Numbered from the stretch's first letter, positions 30,330 to 40,548 are shown. The stretch: DNA of 64,000 nt from Gemmatimonadota bacterium (GCA_039588295.1 JBDHAB010000014.1:1-64000); one strand, 5' to 3'. Notes: generated from the letters alone by a model not told the origin. A program made the numbers and translations.

Positions 30330-30964
30330 GATGGTGCCCTCCAGCAAGTTCGGTGAATCCACATCAAGTTCGCGCCGGCCCAAATTGGAGGGTCCTCGAA
30401 GCGGTGAGCCTTCCGACAGAAGGCACAGTGAGGAGTTTCGGCCAGTGGGATGGCCTCCTCCATCGGTAGGACGGACGGCACCGGGAGCCCCGTCCGAGAA
30501 AACCGCTCCGGCGGATCGAACAACTTGGAAACGGGGAGCTTGTCGCGGCGAGGATCACCCCAACGCCAACCGATCCTCGGGTCGGCTTCGTAGAACTTGT
30601 GCGCGCTCCCCAGTAACCCTTCCCTCAACCACGTCGCAAACATCTCGGGGACACGTTTCCGGAACTCCACGACCACCGAATCTGGTACCGAGAAATCCAG
30701 CACGAATTTCCGGCCGTGCTTGAGCCCCACCATCCGAACGTGACGGTCGTGCTCGACACGTCGCTGGTGGACCTCTAGCTTCACCGTCATCGTGAAAAGA
30801 AAACGGGCTTCGACCATATCCCGCGCAGCCGTGGCCGTGAACTTCATCCACGGCTGACGTTTCACGCTCCCAAGCAGGTCGTCTATGACCGCTTGCGCCA
30901 GTGTGGAGAAGTGAAACTCCCTCAAAAACCCGTTTGGGCTCTTAAACGTCTCGACTACGGACAC
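30326..30964 (-). CDS. Hypothetical protein with C-terminal CxxC..HxxC
   Basis: ORF 212 aa. Confidence 0.55.
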   Translation of the reverse strand: MSVVETFKSPNGFLREFHFSTLAQAVIDDLLGSVKRQPWMKFTATAARDMVEARFLFTMTVKLEVHQRRVEHDRHVRMVGLKHGRKFVLDFSVPDSVVVEFRKRVPEMFATWLREGLLGSAHKFYEADPRIGWRWGDPRRDKLPVSKLFDPPERFSRTGLPVPSVLPMEEAIPLAETPHCAFCRKAHRFEDPPIWAGANLMWIHRTCWRAPS

Positions 30965-31032
30965 AAAAAGGCCCCTTCAAGCACTATACGCACGAAGGGG
31001 TCTCCTCGAACGGGAGGTTTTTCCTCCCTAGA

Positions 31033-31239
31033 CTAGCCGTTCAAACGCGGAACGTAGAAAAACTGCGTGTTGCTGTTGTTGGGGACCGGGGCCGTGCACA
31101 TGTTCGGGCCGACCGGCCTCTGCGTCGCTGGATCGCTGTTGATGGCCTTGTAGCGGCCGATGTTGTGATACGCGCCGGCCTGCGTCGTGTAGTTCGGCGG
31201 GATGGGCTGAAACTGGGAAGTGGTGGATCGTACGGCCAT
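31033..31239 (-). CDS. Small hypothetical protein
   Basis: GAGGAG RBS and CCTAT motif upstream. Confidence 0.6.
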   Translation of the reverse strand: MAVRSTTSQFQPIPPNYTTQAGAYHNIGRYKAINSDPATQRPVGPNMCTAPVPNNSNTQFFYVPRLNG

Positions 31240-31301
31240 GTGAGCTCCTCTTGCTGATCAGGGTCAGCTATAGGGGCGCTACCGCTGCGATCCCCGAGGC
31301 T

Positions 31302-31685
31302 TCACGAATCCCGGAACTGAGCCTCTCGCCATTCCCAGAGTTTCACAAAGAGCTGTCCGCAAACTTGGAACTCAACTGCGTCCCGGAGACGAGGCACCGG
31401 TGGCACCGGCAACTGCTGCGTCAACTCGTCGCGTAACCACGCAACACGACGATGTGGAGCTCCCTCCCTGAGCTTGTTGAGTTCCGCCGTGAACCCCTTC
31501 TTCCACTCTTCGGTCGCAGCCACATACTTCAGGTAAGGCTTGCGTTCCCGAGCAGCAGCGTACTCGACCTCAAGATCCGCGCGAGCCACCGCAACTGACC
31601 GTTCGGCAATCCGTTTCTCGCGTCCACGAGCTCGGTCCCAGAAATCCAGGACCACGTAGTTCCAGAAATTGCGTGCGAAGCTCAC
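31302..31685 (-). CDS. Hypothetical protein
   Basis: Overlaps stop of M50 gene. Confidence 0.55.
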   Translation of the reverse strand: MSFARNFWNYVVLDFWDRARGREKRIAERSVAVARADLEVEYAAARERKPYLKYVAATEEWKKGFTAELNKLREGAPHRRVAWLRDELTQQLPVPPVPRLRDAVEFQVCGQLFVKLWEWREAQFRDS

Positions 31686-32419
31686 GACTCTTGCTGACGC
31701 TTGTGGTGCTTGGCCCAGTCGTCCATGTAGTCGAAGGGGTCTCGACGATTCCGGATTCGTTCTTCGACTCGGAGCGCCCTGACACAGTCATGCAGGTAGG
31801 GCAGCATCAGAAGTGCCGACAGTCGTTTGTTCTTGAACCAGAAAATCCCGGCCATGGCAGCCCCCACCCCGAGACCTACGTTCCGGGTCAGCATGCTCCC
31901 CCGGTCCCATCCGTACTTCTTGATAGCCCACGCACGGAAAACGCGACCACCGTCCAGAGGGTAGATCGGCAGCATGTTGAACAGAAACAGGAGCAGGTTG
32001 ATGGCGCACGCTCCCACGATAGGGAGGAACGCAGAGGACCCGTCGAAACCGCTGTAGTACAGGATCACGGCAACGGGGAGCAGAACGATCCCAACCACCA
32101 AATTCACGACGGGCCCCGCGAGCGAGATCCACATATCGTCCGAAGCAGTCTGTGGACGCGGCTCCATCACGGCGCGTGCCCCCATCGGTTCGAACAAGAC
32201 GAAGTGCGCGGTGTACTTGAGCCTCTGCCCCATGATGACGTGGCCGTACTCGTGCACGCCCATGGAAACCATCAGCACCACGGGGAGCCACCAGGGTGCG
32301 AGCCATCCCAACATCAGAAACCACCCGATCGCCAACGGCGTGATGGCGAGTTGGATGCCACGGACCTTCCCCATCGGGAGTGGGTCGCTCACTTTCTGGA
32401 TGATGTCTATCAGGAGCAC
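31682..32419 (-). CDS. Site-2 protease (peptidase M50)
   Basis: HEYGH, AGPVVN and NMLPIYPLDG motifs; TM segments. Confidence 0.9.
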   Translation of the reverse strand: MLLIDIIQKVSDPLPMGKVRGIQLAITPLAIGWFLMLGWLAPWWLPVVLMVSMGVHEYGHVIMGQRLKYTAHFVLFEPMGARAVMEPRPQTASDDMWISLAGPVVNLVVGIVLLPVAVILYYSGFDGSSAFLPIVGACAINLLLFLFNMLPIYPLDGGRVFRAWAIKKYGWDRGSMLTRNVGLGVGAAMAGIFWFKNKRLSALLMLPYLHDCVRALRVEERIRNRRDPFDYMDDWAKHHKRQQES

Positions 32420-32739
32420 TTTGCCCCCTCTGGCTTCGGCACCGTCACGTCATGCACCCAAAAGGCGGCATCGTAGAGTTTGAACATGGCAAGGACCTGC
32501 ATCAACGGGTGACCGACCATGTTGTGGACGAACCATTTGTGCTTGGCCCATCGAAGTCGCTTGCTTTCCAGGGCCGAAGGTCGCAGAGCCATCGCGGACT
32601 CCAACGCGTCGATGCCGGTGATGCGAATCTTCTGGCCTTGAAACCCAACGACAAGAACGAGCTCCTCGATGCTTGAATAGTCCGCCCAGTCGATGCGGTC
32701 TACTGCGATCAGGTGCGTACCGTTCTTGACGAATCTCAA
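32410..32739 (-). CDS. Hypothetical protein
   Basis: HNMVGHPLM motif; GGAGG RBS. Confidence 0.6.
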   Translation of the reverse strand: MRFVKNGTHLIAVDRIDWADYSSIEELVLVVGFQGQKIRITGIDALESAMALRPSALESKRLRWAKHKWFVHNMVGHPLMQVLAMFKLYDAAFWVHDVTVPKPEGAKCS

Positions 32740-32780
32740 TATCTATCCCTCCAAGAGACGGAACAGCGGACCCCGAAGGG

Positions 32781-33227
32781 TTATTCCACGAAGGTAATCT
32801 CTTTCCCCGTCAGAGCCATAGCGATGTCCCTGGCGACGTTTTCACACACGAGGTCGGCCTCGCGTGTGAGCTCTTCCTCGCGGTCGAGCATTTCCTGCGA
32901 CGGCTGGCGATCCCAGTGCGGTCCTTGCTGCCGGCCCCCCAGGTACGGCATCGCAGTGTCGATGCGCGTGATGAGATGCTCGATTTTGGCTCGGGTCACG
33001 TCGCCCGCGCCGCAGAACAGCATCTCGGTGAAGTGCCGGTCGGTGTCCTTGAGCCCCATCCAGGTAGCCTGCGTTTTAAGAAGTTCGAGACGCCTCCGAT
33101 ACGCGTGCCGTTGCTCGGCAGTTGCAGGAGGGGGAGGCTGACACCCCTTGTGACACGGCATCTCTTGAGAGGTACGCCAATCGATGAATCCCGTGTTGTA
33201 GCAGTCCTTGCAAATCTGGTCGCTCAT
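32781..33227 (-). CDS. Hypothetical protein with N-terminal CxxCxxxG
   Basis: ORF, GGAGG RBS. Confidence 0.6.
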   Translation of the reverse strand: MSDQICKDCYNTGFIDWRTSQEMPCHKGCQPPPPATAEQRHAYRRRLELLKTQATWMGLKDTDRHFTEMLFCGAGDVTRAKIEHLITRIDTAMPYLGGRQQGPHWDRQPSQEMLDREEELTREADLVCENVARDIAMALTGKEITFVE

Positions 33228-33685
33228 ACATCCTCCGTCTGCACTCGTATTCGTTCGTCCGCCATGACCTTCTTGGCCATCTGGTCAACGCGCCTGTTGA
33301 GCCACACATCAACCCCGGCGCCTTCACGGTGACCCTTCACCCACCGCGAAATGAGCCTCACGTCGTGCCCGTCTTGGATCTTCTGGATACGCTCCACAAG
33401 CCGACGACCAGCGTCGCTCCGAGGTCGGTAACGACCCTCCATCCAATGAAGGGCAGTCGTGCAGTCCGACCGCACGAGAACTGCCTCCGTTTCGGGCCAC
33501 TTGGTGGCAGCCCGATAGATACCTGCGTAAATGGCCGCAAGCTCGGCGTGATTGGAGAAACGGCAATAATCGGGCGTCGGGCCGCTCTCGACGTGTCGAC
33601 CGAGCTCACTACGAAGCCACACGGCCCACCCACCAACGCGGGTGTGAGGACAGAACGAAGCGTCGCAGTAGAGCGTGGTCAGCAT
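33224..33685 (-). CDS. Ribonuclease HI-like protein
   Basis: YCDAS, AELAA, RSDC, WVKGH, N..VD catalytic motifs. Confidence 0.85.
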   Translation of the reverse strand: MLTTLYCDASFCPHTRVGGWAVWLRSELGRHVESGPTPDYCRFSNHAELAAIYAGIYRAATKWPETEAVLVRSDCTTALHWMEGRYRPRSDAGRRLVERIQKIQDGHDVRLISRWVKGHREGAGVDVWLNRRVDQMAKKVMADERIRVQTEDV

Positions 33686-34182
33686 GAGGCGCCCTTGAAC
33701 GCAGCCAGAGCCTTCTCCAACCGTGCCGTGGGGTCGAGTAGATTCTCGGGCTTGGGCTCTCCCAAACGCCACCAGACGCTCTCTCGCGTCCCGTGTGTGT
33801 AGAGCTCGAAATGCAGCATGGTCCGGGGACGCCCTTTGTCCTGGCGCAGTACTGCTTTTACCCCTCCCAGGTACTGTTCGAACTCGATGGGGCTCCCGAT
33901 TTTGAGCCCTTTCTCCACTGTGAGCTCGCCATAGCAGACTACGCCCGATTCTCCCTCGACCAGGATTGCCTGGGTGTCGTTCCACCACGGTGATCCCGCT
34001 TTGGGGCCAGTGAACTTCTCGATGCCGACCACGACGCCGGGCTCGACAGCGAGCACGGACATCCCAGGGTACGTGTAGAGATCGACGCCCGTGTGAACGT
34101 CGTGTTTGCGAATGGCACCGAACCGGCCGGGCTCGTCAGGAAGCTCGGCCGGTCCAGCCCACAAGGGCCAGCGCCACGACAT
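33679..34182 (-). CDS. M23 family metallopeptidase
   Basis: HTGVDL and LHFE motifs. Confidence 0.85.
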   Translation of the reverse strand: MSWRWPLWAGPAELPDEPGRFGAIRKHDVHTGVDLYTYPGMSVLAVEPGVVVGIEKFTGPKAGSPWWNDTQAILVEGESGVVCYGELTVEKGLKIGSPIEFEQYLGGVKAVLRQDKGRPRTMLHFELYTHGTRESVWWRLGEPKPENLLDPTARLEKALAAFKGASC

Positions 34183-34634
34183 CAGCAAATCTCACGCACG
34201 CTGTTGGACAGTTTGACCAGCAGCTTCTCTTGTTCACGCCACGAGGGCATCGCCGAGATACGGCGGAATGCCGTGTCCCGTTGTTCCCCGAGCATGTAGC
34301 TCCCCAGCGTCATCCTCTGCCGCGGGTTAAGAAACAGGACGTTGATGGGCTTTTGCGTCCCCGGCTCCTTGTAGATGAAGGCCCCGGCGACTTCGACGAG
34401 CTGGCAATCCAGCAGATCGAGAAGACCACGGTGCGGACAACCGGGCTCCGTTTCGAGAAAGTCCACGAGCATCCGGATCTGGGGTGGGGTTGGCAGAAGA
34501 TCATCTGCCAACCACTCCGCAGTCTCGGTCCACGTCACGGCGAGAATGTCGATCAACTGCTCGCCCCACGTCATGAGGTCACCGGGACTCGGCGTTTGGA
34601 ACAGGGGACTCAGGGCTTCGGAGAGAGGACTCAT
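34182..34634 (-). CDS. Hypothetical protein
   Basis: ORF 150 aa in operon. Confidence 0.55.
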   Translation of the reverse strand: MSPLSEALSPLFQTPSPGDLMTWGEQLIDILAVTWTETAEWLADDLLPTPPQIRMLVDFLETEPGCPHRGLLDLLDCQLVEVAGAFIYKEPGTQKPINVLFLNPRQRMTLGSYMLGEQRDTAFRRISAMPSWREQEKLLVKLSNSVREIC

Positions 34635-36070
34635 ACGGGCGCCTCCAGACTGACGGGACCACCCGTCTTGGCTTCAAGGTCCCAGTGCCTCTCGATGAGC
34701 TCGATCACGAGATCGGGATTCGTCGTCCGCGAGAAGCAGATATTGGGGCCGTGTTCGTCGAGCATCACCACTTTGATGTGGTCTTCATCGGACATGTGGA
34801 GAGGATGTCCGCCAGGCCGTACCAGGACTCCGGGCACCCACTGGAATTCTCGTAACCCTTCCGACGTGTTCCGACCACACTCGTGGCTCCCGCACTCGTA
34901 AGGACGCTGCTCACGAACAGGCACCACGCCAACGCCATTATCCTCACGCTCATCGATAGGACGTAACGGAACGTGGGCGTGAACGATGCAGTCCACGTCG
35001 GGGTGCTGGTCGAAAATGATGCGCTGGCTCTGCCCACCCACACTCGGTTTGGCACCGTGCGCGATCACCTGGTCCGCACCCACCGTGTCGATACGGAGCA
35101 ACCCATCCTTGGCGAGCTTGTTGAAATCCGATTTGCGGCGGCTCGTGTAGATGATGCCGTCCTTCGGACCCCGGGTAGCAAAGTGCCCGACCGTCTTCCC
35201 TTGGAACGGTTTGTAGGCCCCGCGCTTGATGCAGTGGTCCACGACGGCCCGGAGATTCTCCGGAATCTCGTCGCCATCCCACGGGATGGGATCCCCTTCG
35301 ACCACGGTAGATCGGGTAAAGTGCAGCTCAGATCGCATCACGATCATCTGGCACAGCCCCTCGATGGCCTCGGCCCTGTCCTTGGTGACGTGATACTTGG
35401 CCTCTTCCGGCGTGATCACCATGTTCCGGTGCTCCTGCACGTCGTTGGCAAGCACGAGATTGCACGAGGCGTTTTTAAGCAGGTGGAGCCCGGTGATGTA
35501 CTGCTCCTGTTCGGACTGGCCTGTGGTGGCTTTGAAGCCCACGAGGAAGATGTCCTTGCGTGCCTGCCGGACCTTGCCGATCAACTTGTCGGTCGGGTCC
35601 ATCCACATGAAGCGCTGTCCCCCCAGGGTACGAAGCCGCTGCGTTTTCTTGCCAAACTCCGTGACCCTATCGATCTCCTGCGGGAGGTGGACCGAATCGA
35701 TCTGCGCAGGCTGCCAATCGCAGACGGCCACAGCCAGGACGATGCCCTTCGTCTCCGGTTGCCGAACCAGGTAGTCGATGACCTTCAGCAGGTCCTCGTT
35801 GGTTTCCAGGTACGGGATCCCTGCGCCTTTGAACACAGCAGCTTCGCCGGGCAGTTTCTCCTCCCGGCCGAATGCCATCTTCGTTCGGATCAGATGGACC
35901 TCGTGGTCTGCCTCAACTCCGTTGGCTTCGGCCTCCAACATGAACGCCTTTTCCAGGCCATGTTCGAGGTCGTAACCTACCTTGCCGTATGCAGGTGCGC
36001 AGAGTGAGAAGTGCGGGGCGACGTGGACCATGGTCCCGCCGCTGATGACGTAGAAGCGTCTTGCTCCCAT
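34631..36070 (-). CDS. CoaB/DFP-like domain fused to class II aldolase/adducin-like domain
   Basis: ISGGT, AVCDW, LVGFK, LVLAND (CoaB-like); C-terminal PDVDCIVHAH, ECGS, EHG (aldolase II-like). Confidence 0.75.
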   Translation of the reverse strand: MGARRFYVISGGTMVHVAPHFSLCAPAYGKVGYDLEHGLEKAFMLEAEANGVEADHEVHLIRTKMAFGREEKLPGEAAVFKGAGIPYLETNEDLLKVIDYLVRQPETKGIVLAVAVCDWQPAQIDSVHLPQEIDRVTEFGKKTQRLRTLGGQRFMWMDPTDKLIGKVRQARKDIFLVGFKATTGQSEQEQYITGLHLLKNASCNLVLANDVQEHRNMVITPEEAKYHVTKDRAEAIEGLCQMIVMRSELHFTRSTVVEGDPIPWDGDEIPENLRAVVDHCIKRGAYKPFQGKTVGHFATRGPKDGIIYTSRRKSDFNKLAKDGLLRIDTVGADQVIAHGAKPSVGGQSQRIIFDQHPDVDCIVHAHVPLRPIDEREDNGVGVVPVREQRPYECGSHECGRNTSEGLREFQWVPGVLVRPGGHPLHMSDEDHIKVVMLDEHGPNICFSRTTNPDLVIELIERHWDLEAKTGGPVSLEAPV

Positions 36071-36129
36071 TTTGCTTTCCTCCGTGGCCGTCTTGGCCGG
36101 TGAGTAGTCGTCTGACTATTTGGTTGTTG

Positions 36130-36357
36130 TTACTGAGACAGTAGCATCTCGATCAGGCTGTAGCCCGCGCCGACCGTGAGGCCGGCACATACGAACGCGA
36201 GGATGGCCCCGAAAGGCTGCATCACGCGATGGTGGAACTTCTGCATACGGGTGTCCGGAAGCTGCACACGACGCCCTCCGAGCACTGACTGCGCGACCGA
36301 GTAGGTCAGCCATCCGAACACGATCGTCCAACCGAACTGCCACAACACCGGAGTCAT
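36130..36357 (-). CDS. Small membrane protein
   Basis: Two hydrophobic segments; GGAGG RBS. Confidence 0.5.
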   Translation of the reverse strand: MTPVLWQFGWTIVFGWLTYSVAQSVLGGRRVQLPDTRMQKFHHRVMQPFGAILAFVCAGLTVGAGYSLIEMLLSQ

Positions 36358-36704
36358 GCTTTCCCTCCGAAGATGCGGAACACGGCCCCGGCACACAGAG
36401 AGCTCAAGGCCACGAGCGCGAAGTAACTGACGATCAGGTCGGGCCACTCACGCCCGGTCGAGATCAGCAGCGGCTTGTAGACAAACATGGCCGCGAGGGC
36501 GATCCAGTGCGCCATGCAGTACGGGCAGTCGAACAGCTCGTTCAGCCAGCCGAACGGCCGCCGCAGGAACCCACGCGGTTTCCGGGCCCGACGGTCGATC
36601 CACGCTCGGAGCCATTCGAAGACATTGGCCTTCGTGATGGTGAGAGACACAGCCCCGATGGCGAGCGCCAGGACTCCGAGCTCTCTGTAGGCCAGGATCT
36701 CCAT
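36354..36704 (-). CDS. DUF1360-like membrane protein
   Basis: LFDCPYCMAHW motif. Confidence 0.7.
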   Translation of the reverse strand: MEILAYRELGVLALAIGAVSLTITKANVFEWLRAWIDRRARKPRGFLRRPFGWLNELFDCPYCMAHWIALAAMFVYKPLLISTGREWPDLIVSYFALVALSSLCAGAVFRIFGGKA

Positions 36705-36965
36705 CTACGCAGCCATGCCGTTCTCGGCGAAGAACTCCCGGAGGGTCTTGTCGCCGTCACACTCGATCGCGAATCCGTACTTGGGGGGCTTGCCCTCCCG
36801 AGGACACACCTTCGCCTTGTCCAAAAGTTCATCGACGGTGCTCGTCGGTTGCCATTCGGGATCTGCGAAAGCTGCCTTCACCTTCTCCCAATCCTCGGGG
36901 CTGTTCACGTAGTTGAAGAAGCGGTTGCTCTCAAACCAGAAACGGGTCCATGTTGGTGTGGTCAT
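36705..36965 (-). CDS. Hypothetical protein
   Basis: GGAGG RBS. Confidence 0.55.
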   Translation of the reverse strand: MTTPTWTRFWFESNRFFNYVNSPEDWEKVKAAFADPEWQPTSTVDELLDKAKVCPREGKPPKYGFAIECDGDKTLREFFAENGMAA

Positions 36966-36998
36966 CGTAGTCAGTACCTCCGGAAACCGAGCTCTATT

Positions 36999-37271
36999 TC
37001 AGCCGCACGTCTTCACTTCGCGCTGGTAGATCTCGTCGCACGTCTTGATGCGCTTGGAGGTTGTGAACACCGCTCCGACCCCACCGTTGAGGCATCGTTC
37101 CTTCTCGGCGTGCGCCCGTTCGATGCACTCGGCTCGAATCTGAGCGGGGTCGGGGCCCCAGATGTGGTCAGCCATGCTGGAGCCGAACCCGTACAGGAGA
37201 GCCCCGATGCCCAGGAGGATGAGGATGACCCACGTAGCGGGGTGAAAGAGTGCTTCAATCTCAGCGACCAT
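36999..37271 (-). CDS. Small membrane-anchored protein
   Basis: N-terminal TM helix. Confidence 0.5.
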   Translation of the reverse strand: MVAEIEALFHPATWVILILLGIGALLYGFGSSMADHIWGPDPAQIRAECIERAHAEKERCLNGGVGAVFTTSKRIKTCDEIYQREVKTCG

Positions 37272-37280
37272 GACTGACTC

Positions 37281-38027
37281 CTAATCGTTGCTGACGGACG
37301 ACCCGCCGGGCATGAAGCGCAGCAGGTAAAGAAAGAGGTTCACGAAATCGAGGTACAGCGACAGCGCACCCCAAATGGCGAGGCCGTGATGGGCCCCGTT
37401 CTTGTAGTAGTAGCCCTTGATCTTCTGCGTGTCGTAGGCGGTGAGACCCGCGAAGATCACGACCCCGATCAGGTGGTAGGCGAAACTCACCGACGCACTC
37501 TGGAACACGAAAGCGTTGAGGATGCTCACCGCGATCAGCCCCCACAGGGCGGCGATGAAGAAGTTCCCCATCGCGCTCAGATCTTTCTTGGTGATCCATC
37601 CGGTGAAGGACATCCCCACGAACATGACGACCGTCACCGCCAGGGTTTCGAACACAGCGGTGGCGAACGCGGGATCTTCACTGGCCTGGACGGCGATGCC
37701 GGTCAACCAGGTCCCCATGATGCCGGTCATCAGCAGATACCAGAACGTGATCTCAGCCGGTGCGCCCTTCTCCATGCGAGCAGCGAGCACGAAGATCAAC
37801 ACGAACGGCGTGAACAGAAGAACCCATCCCAGGGCGCCCCCGAACAGGGCGGTGATCAACTCAGGCTGTGTGCTGAGCCAGTACGCCACGATAGTCGAGA
37901 GACCGAGGCCCGTAGCCATCCAAGCGTAGACGGTCCCCATGAAGGCACCGACACCCGCCCGGACCTCCGGGGAAGCGTTGCGTGCTTGTTTGACGTAGTC
38001 GCGTCGTGCGTCTGCTCCGAGTTGCAT
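37281..38027 (-). CDS. Bax inhibitor-1/YccA family membrane protein
   Basis: VYAWM, TKKDLS, YDTQKIK, ALSLYLDFVNLF motifs. Confidence 0.9.
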   Translation of the reverse strand: MQLGADARRDYVKQARNASPEVRAGVGAFMGTVYAWMATGLGLSTIVAYWLSTQPELITALFGGALGWVLLFTPFVLIFVLAARMEKGAPAEITFWYLLMTGIMGTWLTGIAVQASEDPAFATAVFETLAVTVVMFVGMSFTGWITKKDLSAMGNFFIAALWGLIAVSILNAFVFQSASVSFAYHLIGVVIFAGLTAYDTQKIKGYYYKNGAHHGLAIWGALSLYLDFVNLFLYLLRFMPGGSSVSND

Positions 38028-38067
38028 TTGAAAATCCTCGTGTTACCGAACAGTGGCGATCGTGAAC

Positions 38068-38283
38068 TTATTCCGAGTCATCGTGACCGAGTTCTTTGGC
38101 GCGCTCTTGCAGAGCGGCCCCGATGGCAACCATCAGGATGCCAAAGGCCGCCACCATGGCGCACATGAAAATCAGGACGTTGATCGGAAGCATCAGTAGA
38201 CTCTTGGTTCTCTCGGGTTTTACGGGGAGAACCGGCCGACCGTCCTGGTCGAGCACTTCGACCTGCACGGGTTCCTCGGCCAT
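38068..38283 (-). CDS. Small membrane protein
   Basis: Single TM segment. Confidence 0.5.
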   Translation of the reverse strand: MAEEPVQVEVLDQDGRPVLPVKPERTKSLLMLPINVLIFMCAMVAAFGILMVAIGAALQERAKELGHDDSE

Positions 38284-38305
38284 GCCCCCATTCTACCCCC
38301 ATTCG

Positions 38306-38677
38306 TCAGTCTCTCTTGGTCGGGTCCTTCGGCGTCACCACCGTGGTGCCCGTGGTTTCGGCCGTGGGCTTCTGGATCTCATCCACGAGAATCCCCATCA
38401 GACGGTTCAGGAGGACCTCCTCGTTGGGAGGCTCAGGCCCCAACCCTTTCTGTGAAAAGCGTGTGAGAGCTCCGTGATGGGCTCTGACAACGTGCCGAAC
38501 AGCGTCGGCGAGGATGATCCCCCACACGCCGGGGTCGCCGTTCGTTGCACCGTCCGGGTACATGGCTGTGAACATCTCCTGGACATTGACGATCACGGTG
38601 GAGTTTTGCCCCTCCATGAAAATCTCGATGATCCGGGGCTTTGAAGTGAGATCTTGGATCTCGGGCTTGTCGTTCAT
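38306..38677 (-). CDS. DUF5076-like protein
   Basis: WGIILADAVRHV motif. Confidence 0.6.
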   Translation of the reverse strand: MNDKPEIQDLTSKPRIIEIFMEGQNSTVIVNVQEMFTAMYPDGATNGDPGVWGIILADAVRHVVRAHHGALTRFSQKGLGPEPPNEEVLLNRLMGILVDEIQKPTAETTGTTVVTPKDPTKRD

Positions 38678-39480
38678 GCTGCTTCCTCTGCCTTCTTGCG
38701 CTGGACGATATACCGGTCCTGGGTGCGGATAGGCCAGCCATGCGTGTCGCTTTCCCTGGTCTTGACGTGCGCACCCCAGTAGGGCTCCGTGCGGCCCCGC
38801 TCCTTGTCGTCCTTGGTGAGGCGATCCGGGACGGGCTTGTCGGAGGGTTTGCCCTTCTTCGTGAAGAAGCCGAGCACTTCAATCCATCGACCGTGGTTCG
38901 CGATACGGTCGCCGATGCGAATGTCTTTCGGGTGCAGTTGGAGATACTCGACACCGTCACGGAACTCGCGGGCCCCCACGATCTCGCGCATCAAACTGAG
39001 AGCCCGCATGAAGGGCAGGATCTTCTTCCCGGGCTCACTGCCCAGAAGGAAGATGGCCTCGTCACGGAGGATGCACTCCAGGCCGTCGATGTCGTCTTGG
39101 TCTGGAAGATCCTTGGCGGCGCGCTTGGGCTTCTTGAACTCCCTGTCCTGCTCGACGCGCGAGAACCCGAGGGATTCTCCGAGCTGGTGCAGGAGTGCCA
39201 ACACGGTGCGCGCGTTGTCCTTTCCTAGCAGTGAGTACAGAGCCATCTCGCTAAAAAACGGAAGGTCGTCCTGCTTGCCGCCGCGCTCCTTCCACTCCTT
39301 TGCGAGCTCCTCGTTCTCGATCCACTCCAGTTGCATGGTGGCGAGCTTCTTGAACTTCTCGCGTGCGGCTCCCATACCGCCGTCGAGCAGGTCGCTCATT
39401 TCACGGGAGTGTCGAAGTGCCAGGGCGGCGATTGCTGCTTCTCGTCGTTGATCCATTTTAGGCGCTTTCCAGGTCCGCAA
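38674..39480 (-). CDS. Hypothetical protein
   Basis: ORF in operon; start uncertain. Confidence 0.6.
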   Translation of the reverse strand: MRTWKAPKMDQRREAAIAALALRHSREMSDLLDGGMGAAREKFKKLATMQLEWIENEELAKEWKERGGKQDDLPFFSEMALYSLLGKDNARTVLALLHQLGESLGFSRVEQDREFKKPKRAAKDLPDQDDIDGLECILRDEAIFLLGSEPGKKILPFMRALSLMREIVGAREFRDGVEYLQLHPKDIRIGDRIANHGRWIEVLGFFTKKGKPSDKPVPDRLTKDDKERGRTEPYWGAHVKTRESDTHGWPIRTQDRYIVQRKKAEEAA

Positions 39481-40147
39481 AGACCTCCTTCATCTTCTTG
39501 CGCAACTTGACGGTGTCCGAGAAAGGATGCTTCTCGTTCCACGTCGCGTAGGACACGTCCGGCAAATCCGCTTTGCCAAACCGCTTGTCCAGGTCTTTCA
39601 GGATTCGTTTGGCGAGTCGCTGGTTGCGAGCGAGATCTTTGCCTTCCGTTTCCTCGAAAGGACACGCCAGGATCAGAGCGCACATCTCCCGAGCGCCCAT
39701 GACCCAATCGGCGGGGCAGTCTTTCGGGACATGTTGGATCGGTGCCGTCCCCTTGTTCAGGAGGCCATAGAAATGGTGCTCGACCAGACAGGGTTCCCCG
39801 CTGGCGCGCTCTTCCAGGTTGTCGAGCACGTCCTTGATGGTGGCGACCTTCTCCTCGTAGAATTCGTCACACCACGCCAGATCCCTCTTGAGGGACTCCG
39901 GGTCTACATTTTCCAGCCTCTCGGCCCTTGATCTCTCGTACTGCTCCTTGGCCCGAACCAGAGGATGCTTGGCCGCATAGGCGGCCTCACTCTCCACGTT
40001 TTCGTAGGCGTTGCCGATGTCACCATCGTCGGTCCAGTAGGTACCGCTGCCGAAGTGCATGAACAGGCCATCGAGCGCGCGGGCTCGCGTCCAGTACAGG
40101 CTCGGATGGGTGCGCATCAAATGGCGCACGGATTCTTCGAACGTCAT
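39458..40147 (-). CDS. Hypothetical protein
   Basis: 229 aa, GGAGG RBS. Confidence 0.6.
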   Translation of the reverse strand: MTFEESVRHLMRTHPSLYWTRARALDGLFMHFGSGTYWTDDGDIGNAYENVESEAAYAAKHPLVRAKEQYERSRAERLENVDPESLKRDLAWCDEFYEEKVATIKDVLDNLEERASGEPCLVEHHFYGLLNKGTAPIQHVPKDCPADWVMGAREMCALILACPFEETEGKDLARNQRLAKRILKDLDKRFGKADLPDVSYATWNEKHPFSDTVKLRKKMKEVFADLESA

Positions 40148-40548
40148 GGAGCCCTCCGACTACCCACCGCCAGGTCGGCCAGGTCTTTGTGCGGGTCGAG
40201 CAGTCGCACGCGCTCGCCATCGACCTCGACGGTGAACGCTTCGTGAAGCTCGTGAATGATGATCTGCTGGATGGCGAGCCACGCCGTGAACACCACTCCG
40301 GTGTCCGGAGTGCCCGATGCGATGAACCACTCGCGCCCGTACCCGACGCCCTGCTCGGAGAATTCTCCGTTCACATCGGGGCGTTCGAACGAGCAGCGAA
40401 CGAGCCATCCCCGCTCGCCATCTTCGTAGTTCATCTCGGTCACCGTCTCCATCGCCCACCCGAAGCGCCAGTCCTCCAGCCGAGTACCGACCATCTGGAT
40501 GCTCTCCAGGAGATCCATCAGTTGCGTGCCGTCGGTGATTGCCTTCAT
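40144..40548 (-). CDS. Hypothetical protein
   Basis: GREW and HELHEAF motifs. Confidence 0.55.
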   Translation of the reverse strand: MKAITDGTQLMDLLESIQMVGTRLEDWRFGWAMETVTEMNYEDGERGWLVRCSFERPDVNGEFSEQGVGYGREWFIASGTPDTGVVFTAWLAIQQIIIHELHEAFTVEVDGERVRLLDPHKDLADLAVGSRRAP

